Source: Methanocella sp. (GTDB lineage: Archaea > Thermoproteota > Bathyarchaeia > Bathyarchaeales > Bathycorpusculaceae). From it: a DNA stretch of 64,000 bases. The DNA lies in contig JBLNCY010000006.1 of NCBI GenBank assembly GCA_050261115.1, positions 54,599 to 118,598 of the forward strand. Reading direction: 5' to 3'. This document shows, piece by piece, positions 39,138 through 47,981 of the stretch (the first letter of the stretch is position 1; every line of letters starts with the position of its first letter). The translations under genes were made by a program, and so were the position numbers. The notes under the pieces are model-generated. The model made no database searches. It had not been told where the DNA came from and saw only the letters and a list, made by a program, of their open reading frames with translations.

Positions 39138-40379
39138 CTATAGTACCACCTCAGCCCTTCGTTTACACATAAGCAGCACTGCAGCAGCGGTTGGCAACTC
39201 AACCGTTTGATTCTTATATGGCCCCAAGGTCTCCCCACACATCCTAAACTCTGGCGCATCAGACACCAACACTTTCACTTCACCCTTTTTAAAAGCTACC
39301 GCTCCGCTAAACGGATCAAAATCAAGGATGTCTTTAGCTGGGAACTCGACTTTTTTAAGTCCCGTTTTGCCGTGAAGGGTGCCGTTCATGCGGATAAGGC
39401 GGTGGATGTCGGTGGTGACGACAGTGTCAATTTTAGCCGCTTGTTCCTCGTGGATGTGCTCGGCTAGTTTTAGCCATGTTGCTTCGCTGACTCCATGGAC
39501 GGCTTCCCACCTGCCCTCCTGTATGGCACGTTTGATGGCTGTGTCCCTGTTTTCTAACAGAGATTTGTTACGTAAGCCGATTTCTTTAAAGTCCTCTGGG
39601 CTGGCTTTTTCAAGGAAGTGTTGCATGCCGACTTTGAGGCGTCGATTCCAACCGTAATTGTGTAAAATGAACTTTTTGGCGCCTCCCCTTTTTTTTCGCT
39701 TAGCCGCTTCTTCCTTACCTTCTCTATCCAGGATCCCTAAGCCTAGCCCCGTTACATAATCCACGATTTCTTTGCGGGCCATAGCATCCAAAGAGCGCAC
39801 GGCTTCGCTTTCAAGGTGTAAGTGGTAACCGCGGTGCCCTGAAAAGAATGTGCGAACCTCATGCTGTGCAAACCCAAAATCCTTATCCAACATATCCAGC
39901 AGCTTAACAACTTCGTCACGGGCGGATTCAATGCATTGGTCGCATGCCCAAATGCGGGTTTCGAACTTGGTCGCTTCACAGCAGGGGCAAGACTCGGGGG
40001 TTATGCCTCGGCCTTGAAAGCCGCATTTTACGCATCGGAATTCGTCATGGATTTTGTTGCATTTGGTTGGGATGTGGTCGGCGTCGATATCGAAGACTAT
40101 GTCGCTTCCTATCCAGCCCTTCTTGTCCATGTCAAAATCGGGGTTCTCATAATAGGCGCAACTGTGGTAGACGTCGGAGGGGGTGGTTTGGGCTAACAGT
40201 TTTCTGAAGTCATTTATGTTGATAAACCGTCGGTGGCGAACCATAAATTTCTCTTTAAACGTGAGGTAGCCGAATTCACGTTGCTGAGGCAGCGGCGGCG
40301 AGGGAACAGCATTAGCTGGGTCACGGTAGAACTCGCTAAACTTTTGGAATAAGTATTCCCTAGAAGCCTCGGCACCCAT
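39138..40379 (-). CDS. priS: DNA primase catalytic subunit PriS
   Basis: REFG, FDIDADH, FSGHRGYH, IDTVVTTDIHRLIR. Confidence 0.95.
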   Translation of the reverse strand: MGAEASREYLFQKFSEFYRDPANAVPSPPLPQQREFGYLTFKEKFMVRHRRFININDFRKLLAQTTPSDVYHSCAYYENPDFDMDKKGWIGSDIVFDIDADHIPTKCNKIHDEFRCVKCGFQGRGITPESCPCCEATKFETRIWACDQCIESARDEVVKLLDMLDKDFGFAQHEVRTFFSGHRGYHLHLESEAVRSLDAMARKEIVDYVTGLGLGILDREGKEEAAKRKKRGGAKKFILHNYGWNRRLKVGMQHFLEKASPEDFKEIGLRNKSLLENRDTAIKRAIQEGRWEAVHGVSEATWLKLAEHIHEEQAAKIDTVVTTDIHRLIRMNGTLHGKTGLKKVEFPAKDILDFDPFSGAVAFKKGEVKVLVSDAPEFRMCGETLGPYKNQTVELPTAAAVLLMCKRRAEVVL

Positions 40380-40609
40380 ATCGTTCCCTCTCGGTTGGAG
40401 TTATTTGTGGGTTCCAACATTTAACCCTAACCGACGCTATAGCCCGATTATAGAGCAATCAAGGGCAGAAGTATTCAGCTGGAGGTTTATGCACAGCTTA
40501 CGCCGATACAAATATGCAGCTAAAAAGTGTGCCCTGTCTACAACCATGTAAGTATTCCACCAAAAAACCAACAAACATACAGAAAGGCCTGACTGTTGCT
40601 TACAGTCGC

Positions 40610-40657
40610 TGAGTCTATATATGGGGGAGGGGGTCTCTGGGCAAAGCAACAGACGCC
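40610..40657 (-). repeat. Dispersed intergenic repeat, copy 2
   Basis: Minus strand ggcgtctgttgctttgcccagagaccccctcccccatatatagactca. Confidence 0.8.
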
Positions 40658-40813
40658 GACAAAAAACAAACGCAAAAACCCATCATAGCTGCTAACAGAA
40701 ATGTATTGACTCTTTAGAAGCATCTTTGAGGTCTGCAGTGGACTAAATTTATAAGGTCTAAGTGTAATGATAACCTATTATAATCCTAATACTTGAGTGA
40801 GAGAGGTTTAGAC

Positions 40814-41569
40814 ATGTTCAAGCTTAAAGTTTCAGACGCTAAATTGCTGCGGGATATGTGCACCGCCATCTCGATTCTAGTTGACGAAGCTACCTTCAAA
40901 ATTGAACCTGACGGACTAAAACTCCGCGCCATGGACCCATCCAGAGTCGCCATGATTGACTTCGAATGGCCAAAAACCATCTTCCAAGAATACACCTGCA
41001 CAGAACCCACAAAAATATGCCTAAACATCTCTGAACTCCTAAAACTCCTCAAGCGTGCAGGCAAAGAGGAATCCGTCGAGCTATCAATCGACGAAAAAAC
41101 TGGCAGACTCCTAATCACCATCCAGGGCAAATACGCACGCAACTTCAATATGCCCACCCTGGAAGCAAGCGATGAAGAAGTCCCGACACCAAAAATCAGC
41201 TTCAACGTTAAAGCTAAAACCACAACCAACGGCCTAAGCCAAGCAATCGAAGACGCCCAACTCGTAAGCGACCACGTCAGAATCGAAGCCGAACCCGAGA
41301 AATTGACCCTCAGCGCCAGCGGCGACCTCATGGGCGCAACCATAACCCTCCAAAAAGGCAGCGACACACTCCTCGAACTCGACGTCAAAGAAAACGCCAA
41401 AGCCACCTTCAGCTTAAGCTACCTATCCGAAATCATCAAAGCAGCATCGGCAACAAGCGACATCGCAACACTAGAATTCTCAACCGACATGCCTGTTAAA
41501 ATCGACTTCCAGCAAACCAAAGAGGGGAAACTGACCTTCTTCTTGGCGCCAAGAATCGAAACCGAATAG
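40814..41569 (+). CDS. pcn: PCNA sliding clamp
   Basis: LRAMDPSRVAMID, FSLSYL, FFLAPRIE. Confidence 0.96.
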   Translation: MFKLKVSDAKLLRDMCTAISILVDEATFKIEPDGLKLRAMDPSRVAMIDFEWPKTIFQEYTCTEPTKICLNISELLKLLKRAGKEESVELSIDEKTGRLLITIQGKYARNFNMPTLEASDEEVPTPKISFNVKAKTTTNGLSQAIEDAQLVSDHVRIEAEPEKLTLSASGDLMGATITLQKGSDTLLELDVKENAKATFSLSYLSEIIKAASATSDIATLEFSTDMPVKIDFQQTKEGKLTFFLAPRIETE

Positions 41570-41581
41570 GCGCAATCCTAA

Positions 41582-42661
41582 ATGGAATTGGCAGTAATTA
41601 CGATTGAGGATTACGCCAAATATCCCTTTCTCAAACAAGCATCCAACCAAATCCAAACCCTAGACTTAACCATCCAAAGCATCACCGAAGACCGCTTCGT
41701 ACTTGAACGCGCCGAGAAACGAGTAGAAGCAGCCATCCGTGACTTAACCACAGGCGAAATGGTGCGCGACAAAAAGAACGAAATCTCCTCCTTTGCCGCC
41801 TCTCTCATACTTGTCATAGCAACAAAAAAGCCCTGGATAAAAAAACGCTATGCTCTTGCAGTAGCCAAAACCGCCTACCAGCACCTCATCAGCCCCGAAA
41901 CCTCAAAAAACAAGCTCCTCACCATCGCCCGAGACTTCGACTGGGACATAAGTGACGGCAAAGACGCCTATAAAGACTACAAACTCCACTTCACCCATTA
42001 TCTCAAAAACGCCGCCCACATGCATAAAGCCGAATGGAAACTTGTCAACCAAATCATAGACAAAGGCTACGTATTCCTAAACAAAGACAAAGTCGCACGG
42101 TTACTCCAAGAAGAAATCAGAGCACGCATCGAAAAACGCCTCGACATCGCAGAGCTCAAAAACCTGCCTGAAGACATCAATCTTATCGCAAACAAATTAA
42201 ACATGATGGCGGAGGAAATTATCGGGCAGGAGACTGAGGAGATGCCCAAAGAGGTCACCCAGAGCGCTTTTCCGCCATGTATAGTTTATCTTATTCAGGA
42301 AGCCTCGCAGGCGCATCACCTCTCACACATCGGCCGCTTCACCCTCACAAGCTTCCTGCTAAACATCGGCATGTCTGCGGAGGCAGTAAACGAGTTCTAT
42401 AGAACCTTCAGCGACTATAACGAACGCTTGACCCGCTACCAAATCGAGCACATCGCAGGCGAACGCGGCTCCGCAACCAAATACACCGCGCCACAATGCA
42501 GCGTCCTGCAAACCCATGGCGTATGCAAAAACCGCGATGGCTTATGCCGCAAAATATACCACCCCCTCAAGTACTACCTACTGAAACAGAAAACCCAACC
42601 CGCGTCTGTTCCAGTTACTGGACAGAAGCAAAGCCCAAACGGCAAGCAAGCGCCTGTTTAA
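41582..42661 (+). CDS. priL: DNA primase regulatory subunit PriL
   Basis: AKYPFL, FPPCI, H.GRF, TRYQIEHIAG, FeS cysteines, HPLKYY. Confidence 0.93.
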   Translation: MELAVITIEDYAKYPFLKQASNQIQTLDLTIQSITEDRFVLERAEKRVEAAIRDLTTGEMVRDKKNEISSFAASLILVIATKKPWIKKRYALAVAKTAYQHLISPETSKNKLLTIARDFDWDISDGKDAYKDYKLHFTHYLKNAAHMHKAEWKLVNQIIDKGYVFLNKDKVARLLQEEIRARIEKRLDIAELKNLPEDINLIANKLNMMAEEIIGQETEEMPKEVTQSAFPPCIVYLIQEASQAHHLSHIGRFTLTSFLLNIGMSAEAVNEFYRTFSDYNERLTRYQIEHIAGERGSATKYTAPQCSVLQTHGVCKNRDGLCRKIYHPLKYYLLKQKTQPASVPVTGQKQSPNGKQAPV

Positions 42662-42693
42662 AAGTTTATTAGTTGACATCCATTGTATCTTGA

Positions 42694-43449
42694 ATGACGA
42701 ACTCTATGGGATATCAAATAATGGGAGACGCCGAAAAATCAACCGACATCGGCGTGATCCTGCCAACTTATGGGGAAGCACAAAACATTGCGCGGCTTAT
42801 CGACGACATAGAACACCTAAACCTAAACGCTACGATTCTGGTCATCGATGACTCTAGCCCCGACGGAACCGCCGGCATCGTAGCGCAAAAACAAGCACAG
42901 TACCCAAACCTGCTACTTCTGAACAGACCCAAAAAGTCAGGCTTAGGCACCGCCATAACCGATGGCTTCAAAATTTTCCTATCTCAAGCCCAGCCCCCAA
43001 AATACGTTTTCACCATGGACGCTGACTACTCACACAACCCCCAAGACATACCCCACCTACTTGCCGTCATGCAGGAATGCGAATGCGCCATCGTCATCGG
43101 CAGCCGATACCATAAAGGCGGACAAATCCAGGGGTGGCCGCTTTCCCGCAAAATCATCAGCAAAGTCGCTAACGGCTTTGCCCGCACAATCTTAGGCATC
43201 AGGTTGCGGGATTGCACGGCGGGTTTCCGATGCTACTCGACTCGGTTTCTTACGCAAGCCATAGGCAGCCTGCACAGCACAACCTATGAGATCCAAATCG
43301 AGACCGTCCGCCAAGCATCCCTGCGTGGGTTTTCAGTCAAAGAAACCCCCGTGGTGTTTGTTAATCGCAAGCGGGGGAAATCCAAGCTTGCCTGGAACGA
43401 AATCAAAAGCTTCCTAACCTACACCATACGCGCCGCCTGGCAATCTTAG
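42694..43449 (+). CDS. GT2 polyprenol-phosphate mannose synthase-like glycosyltransferase
   Basis: IDDSSPDGT, GLGTA, MDADYSHNP, GSRY, DCTAGFR. Confidence 0.9.
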   Translation: MTNSMGYQIMGDAEKSTDIGVILPTYGEAQNIARLIDDIEHLNLNATILVIDDSSPDGTAGIVAQKQAQYPNLLLLNRPKKSGLGTAITDGFKIFLSQAQPPKYVFTMDADYSHNPQDIPHLLAVMQECECAIVIGSRYHKGGQIQGWPLSRKIISKVANGFARTILGIRLRDCTAGFRCYSTRFLTQAIGSLHSTTYEIQIETVRQASLRGFSVKETPVVFVNRKRGKSKLAWNEIKSFLTYTIRAAWQS

Positions 43450-43536
43450 TTCTAGGAATCAAAATATAGGGTTAGGCATACTGTGGTTAAGCGGTGACAT
43501 GGCACGGCTAAGCAAGGCAAACTCAGCGCTTACTTC

Positions 43537-45309
43537 TTGGTAGTTTTAGCGTTGCTAGCGTTTAGCGTAGCTTTGGGTGTTGCCAGCATATACTCCGTCG
43601 CTAACGGCGAGGCGGTTACCGAGACGTTGCTTGATGAGGTTTACCATTTGAGCCCCAATATGGAGTATCGGCAGGGCATCGGCAACTTTCATGGCAACGG
43701 CACCATCGGCGACGGTACCATACCCGAATACCTCACGCTAAACGTCGAGAACCTAGACAATTTTGTGCGCAACTTCTCCGTCATCAGCTACGGCTCAACA
43801 CATTTTAACTCCACCCAACCAAGCCTCACCCACAACCTCACCACGGGGGCAGATTATTACGAGGCCGTATTCTGGACTGACGGCCACAACTCGGGCTCAG
43901 TGCACTTCTCTGTAACCCTAACCACACCCCAAGTGACCTATCCCCTTGATTGGCTAGCTTTGCCCGCCAAGGTTCTGTTTTTGGTGGGCATCGCTGGGGT
44001 TGTGGTGCTGCTGCTAAAGGCTGGCTCAACCACGCCCCTAAAAGCTCCCATGTCGCTTGGGGAACCTGACAAGCGCCTGCTGCTGGTGCTGTTGCTTGCG
44101 TCTTTGGCTTTGTGGTTAGCGTTGACGGTGCTGAATACTAATTCGCTGGGTACCTTTGAGAACTGGTACACTGACCACGCCCGCGACACCTATGTGGCTG
44201 GGCTGTTTTTGAGGGAGGGGTTTGCAGTATTCAACGAACCTTTGGGAGCGCTTGCGGGTCGGGCTGTGTCGGAGATTGGGTTTGTCACCTGGCCTGAGAT
44301 GCCTAATCTCTACCCCGTCGGCAGTGTGGCTGTGTTTTTGCCGTTTGCAGGCTTGCTGGGAGCTGGGTTAGATGTGGTTTTAGTGTACAAGCTTGAGATT
44401 GTGTTGTTTTTGGTGCTTGCACATGTTTGCCTCTACGTCTTTTTGAGCCGCTACTGGACTCAGACCGTCCTGCCAGAGGTGACTTTGCAGCAGGCTAAAC
44501 AGAACTTAAATACGCTTACGCATGGTTGCTGGACAGAGAAGAAGCTCCTGCTCGAAGACTACTCCATTTTAGCCCTAAAACTAGTCGGCATCTACATAAT
44601 GTACGCCTCGCTGGTGCCCTTTGCCGCCAACGGCATGTTCGACTCAGTGGCCGTGCTGTTTCTGCTCTTGTCGGTAGGTGCCTTCCTGGCCAGTCGATAT
44701 GACTTTTTTGTTCTACTTGTAGGGGTTTCGGTGGTTTTCAAGTACCAGACGGCAATTTTCCTGTTTCCCTTGATTGTGGTGGCGGCGGTTCAGCTGCTAA
44801 AAAAACACCGCCTTGGGGGTTTGGTTAGGAATCGGAATGTGGTTTTAGCGGTGGCTTGCGCGGCAGTCAGCGGGTTTACGGCGGTTTTGAGTGCGCCTTA
44901 CTTGATGGGCACCCGACCCGTACTGGTCATGAACGCGGTGAACGCGTTTTCAGCTCATGCACAGATTCCCTGGAGCTGGCAGGCGGCCGCAGTCCTAAGC
45001 GTCCTAGCCGCCACAGCCCTCTACAGCATCTACATGTACAAACACAACCGACTACTCTCACTTAGCTCACTGTTCTTGCTGGTTCCGGTCTGCATGTTGC
45101 CCTACTTCCAGAACTGGTACCTACCCTTCCTATTCGCATACATGCTTATCCCCCACGAGAAGGACCAATTTGTAGCGACGATGCTTTGGCTAGTGTTTGT
45201 AGCCTTTATGCTCTCGTTTGGCGGCAGCGGCCTTAACCCACAAGTGCTAATTGGGCACTTCCAGACAATGGTCGGCAACAGTCTCGTGAGCTTAGGGTTT
45301 TCGGGATAG
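43537..45309 (+). CDS. Polytopic membrane protein, GT-C-like glycosyltransferase candidate
   Basis: Extracellular N-terminal domain, about 12 TM helices, WYTDHARD loop, GMFD and KYQ motifs; follows the GT2 gene. Confidence 0.6.
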   Translation: MVVLALLAFSVALGVASIYSVANGEAVTETLLDEVYHLSPNMEYRQGIGNFHGNGTIGDGTIPEYLTLNVENLDNFVRNFSVISYGSTHFNSTQPSLTHNLTTGADYYEAVFWTDGHNSGSVHFSVTLTTPQVTYPLDWLALPAKVLFLVGIAGVVVLLLKAGSTTPLKAPMSLGEPDKRLLLVLLLASLALWLALTVLNTNSLGTFENWYTDHARDTYVAGLFLREGFAVFNEPLGALAGRAVSEIGFVTWPEMPNLYPVGSVAVFLPFAGLLGAGLDVVLVYKLEIVLFLVLAHVCLYVFLSRYWTQTVLPEVTLQQAKQNLNTLTHGCWTEKKLLLEDYSILALKLVGIYIMYASLVPFAANGMFDSVAVLFLLLSVGAFLASRYDFFVLLVGVSVVFKYQTAIFLFPLIVVAAVQLLKKHRLGGLVRNRNVVLAVACAAVSGFTAVLSAPYLMGTRPVLVMNAVNAFSAHAQIPWSWQAAAVLSVLAATALYSIYMYKHNRLLSLSSLFLLVPVCMLPYFQNWYLPFLFAYMLIPHEKDQFVATMLWLVFVAFMLSFGGSGLNPQVLIGHFQTMVGNSLVSLGFSG

Positions 45310-45313
45310 GCCT

Positions 45314-45361
45314 GGCGCTTGTTGTTTTGCTGACCTGCCCCCTCCCTTATATATAGCCTCA
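45314..45361 (+). repeat. Dispersed intergenic repeat, copy 3
   Basis: ggcgcttgttgttttgctgacctgccccctcccttatatatagcctca. Confidence 0.75.
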
Positions 45362-45666
45362 GACACCGCGGAAAGTGGGGTGGCGTGTCTGGGTGCTTGC
45401 AGGTTTTAGGGTGTCGATGGTATGGCTGCAGACGGTCTAAACTTATTGACTGTACAACTGCTTTCGATAGAAACTGCATTTAACGACCGAATGCATGAAT
45501 ACGAACGGTTAAAAATTTAAAGAAATATCTACTGTCATGCTATGAGTATTATGCCACTCTCCCCTTTAGAGGGGGACTAGAGAAAAAAGGTTATTCTTTT
45601 TGGTTTATATGTCATAAAGTATATGAGTAAGTGTGTTTCCTTATTGGGAAGCTGGTAGTGAATTAC

Positions 45667-45942
45667 GTGAACGTTCCTAAAGAAATCAACACTTACTGTC
45701 CTAAATGTAAGCATCACACAGTCCACACTGTATCCCTCTACAAGGCTGGTAAACGCCGTGCGCTTGCTGCAGGCGAACGTGCCCACGCACGCGAGAAGGA
45801 AGGTTACGGTGGACAAAAGTATCCTTTGCAGCACACCTTTGCAAAGACCACCAAGAAGCAGACTCTGCGTCTAAAATGCAAGACCTGCAGCTATATGTAC
45901 CACAAAGACGGCATCCGCCTACGCAAGATGGCGCTCGTCTAA
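45667..45942 (+). CDS. rpl44e: 50S ribosomal protein L44e
   Basis: TYCPKCKHHT, GYGGQ, KTTKK..LRLKCKTC; GTG start inferred. Confidence 0.95.
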   Translation: MNVPKEINTYCPKCKHHTVHTVSLYKAGKRRALAAGERAHAREKEGYGGQKYPLQHTFAKTTKKQTLRLKCKTCSYMYHKDGIRLRKMALV

Positions 45943-45969
45943 ACCTTAAATTAACGGAGAAAAAAGCAC

Positions 45970-46167
45970 ATGTCAGAATGGAATAAACTCATCCCCAAAC
46001 CCCGCAGCGTATTCCTACGCGTAAAATGCCAAAAATGCGGCAACGAACAACTCCTCTTCAGCAACACAGTCAACAAAATCAACTGCAACGTATGCGGCGA
46101 AACCCTCGCAACCCCAACCGGCGGCAGAGCAGAAATCAACGGCGAAGTCTTAACCGTCCTAGAGTAG
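45970..46167 (+). CDS. rps27e: 30S ribosomal protein S27e
   Basis: PRSVFLRVKCQKCGNEQ...CNVCG..LATPTGG. Confidence 0.96.
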   Translation: MSEWNKLIPKPRSVFLRVKCQKCGNEQLLFSNTVNKINCNVCGETLATPTGGRAEINGEVLTVLE

Positions 46168-46179
46168 GAGGCCAAAACT

Positions 46180-46965
46180 TTGGCTGAGCGTAAGCCGCAG
46201 TGGCCCGAAACAGGCGACCTAGTCATCGCCACCATCGAGACTGTAACCGATTATGGCGCTTACGCTAAACTCGACGAATACGACAAACGTGGCTTACTCC
46301 ACGTTTCAGAGATTTCTTCCAGCTGGATACGAAACATCCGTGATTTTGTCCGGGAAGGCCAAAAAGTTGTCCTAAAAGTTCTAAGAGTGGACCCTGACAA
46401 AGGACACATCGACCTCTCGCTGCGCCGTGTCACCAAACGTGAACGTATCGAGAAAGTCATGTCTTGGAAAAAAGACCGCAAAGCCGACGCCCTACTCCGT
46501 GGAGTCGCAGAAAAAGCCGGCTTACCCCTAGAAGAGGTCATACAGAAAACTGTTCCTGCGGTCACCCAGAAATATGACCTCTATGAAGCGTTCGAGAAAG
46601 CCGCCATCGAAGGCCCAGAAATCCTGACCGCCCTCGGCGTACCTCAGAATCTAGCAGCAGCGTTTGCTGAGGTCGCAGCAGAACGCATCCACGTAAAACT
46701 CGTCAAAGTCCGCGGCGTACTCGAAGTTAAAGTCGCCAAACCCAACGGCGTCAAAGTCATCAAAGACGCATTCCACAAAACGCGAAGCGATAAATTCAAA
46801 GATGCAAAAATCACCTATTACGTCGTCGCCGCACCCAAATATCAGCTTGAAGTCCAAGCCGAAAACTACAAACGCGCCGAAGACGTGATGCAGAAAACCG
46901 CCGACAACATCATCGGCTATGTCCACAAGATGGGCGGAGAAGGCAACTTTAGAAGGGAAAAATAG
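46180..46965 (+). CDS. eif2a: Translation initiation factor aIF2 alpha
   Basis: S1 domain YGAYAKLDEY..GLLHVSEISSSWIRNIRD, IDLSLRRV, APKY. Confidence 0.96.
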   Translation: MAERKPQWPETGDLVIATIETVTDYGAYAKLDEYDKRGLLHVSEISSSWIRNIRDFVREGQKVVLKVLRVDPDKGHIDLSLRRVTKRERIEKVMSWKKDRKADALLRGVAEKAGLPLEEVIQKTVPAVTQKYDLYEAFEKAAIEGPEILTALGVPQNLAAAFAEVAAERIHVKLVKVRGVLEVKVAKPNGVKVIKDAFHKTRSDKFKDAKITYYVVAAPKYQLEVQAENYKRAEDVMQKTADNIIGYVHKMGGEGNFRREK

Positions 46966-46966
46966 A

Positions 46967-47143
46967 GTGGTTTGGCAGCTACGAAAATGCACTCTCTGCG
47001 GAGCATACACACTAAACAAGGAAAAATGCCCCGTATGCGGCGGTCAAGTCAAGATACCCCATCCAGCCAAGTTTTCGCCAGACGATAAATATTTCAAATA
47101 TCGTATGGCAGCAAAGATGAGTCAAGAAAGGAGTCAAGAATAA
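46967..47143 (+). CDS. nop10: H/ACA RNP protein Nop10
   Basis: RKC..CG.YTL..CPVCGG...PHPAKFSPDDKY. Confidence 0.93.
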   Translation: MVWQLRKCTLCGAYTLNKEKCPVCGGQVKIPHPAKFSPDDKYFKYRMAAKMSQERSQE

Positions 47144-47913
47144 TGAAGCAGACCTACATCAAAGAACTCACCCACATCCAACCCAACAACCCCATCCTCA
47201 TCGAAGGCCTCCCCGGACTAGGGTTAGTCGGCAAAATCGCACTCCGCTACCTCATAAAGGAACTCAAACCCAAAAAAATCGCCTACCTCTACAGCCCACA
47301 CTTCCCCTACTTCGTCTTAGTTAACAAAAAAGGCAGCGTGCGGCTACTCCGCGGCAGCTTTTACTATTACCAAAACCCCAAAGGCAGTGACATCCTCCTC
47401 TTCACAGGCGACAGCCAATCCCAAACCATCGAAGGCCAATACGAAATCGCCAACGCAATGCTAGACTTCTCAGAAAAATACGGCGTAAAAACCATCGCAA
47501 CCATCGGCGGCTACCGGATGGAGCCCAAAGAGAAACCCAAAGTCTACATCGCCGCAACCGACCCTAATCTCTTGAACAAAGCCCTCGAAGGAGGCGCCAC
47601 CCTATCCAACGCGGGCAGCCCAATAGTTGGCACCGCAGGCCTGATCCTCGGATTAGCCAAATTCAAAAACATCGAAGCCCTCTGCCTGCTGGGTGAAACC
47701 CGCGGCTACCTGCCTGATCCCCAAGCAGCCAAATCCGTCCTTGAAGTACTCAAAAACACCTTCAACTTCGACCTAGACCTTAAGCACTTAGACGAGGAGA
47801 TCGCCAAAGCCGAAACTATGGTTACTAAACTGCAGGCTATTGAGCAGAAGCGTGCCATAGCAGCAGAAGAGAGCAAAAAGCAAGAGGATAGGAAAACAAC
47901 CTATATCTCCTAA
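47143..47913 (+). CDS. Proteasome assembly chaperone PAC2 family protein
   Basis: EGLPGLGLVGKIA, GD.Q, TIGGY, GET.GY..DP. Confidence 0.9.
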   Translation: MKQTYIKELTHIQPNNPILIEGLPGLGLVGKIALRYLIKELKPKKIAYLYSPHFPYFVLVNKKGSVRLLRGSFYYYQNPKGSDILLFTGDSQSQTIEGQYEIANAMLDFSEKYGVKTIATIGGYRMEPKEKPKVYIAATDPNLLNKALEGGATLSNAGSPIVGTAGLILGLAKFKNIEALCLLGETRGYLPDPQAAKSVLEVLKNTFNFDLDLKHLDEEIAKAETMVTKLQAIEQKRAIAAEESKKQEDRKTTYIS

Positions 47914-47981
47914 TCCCCAAAAATTTTCAACCTCTATTTTCCATTAACATACAACAGCAAAAAATTTTTGTTGGCCGCCGT

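Noticed and set aside
40786-41406. 206-aa minus-strand ORF
   Set aside because: Antisense to PCNA; Ser-rich shadow translation.
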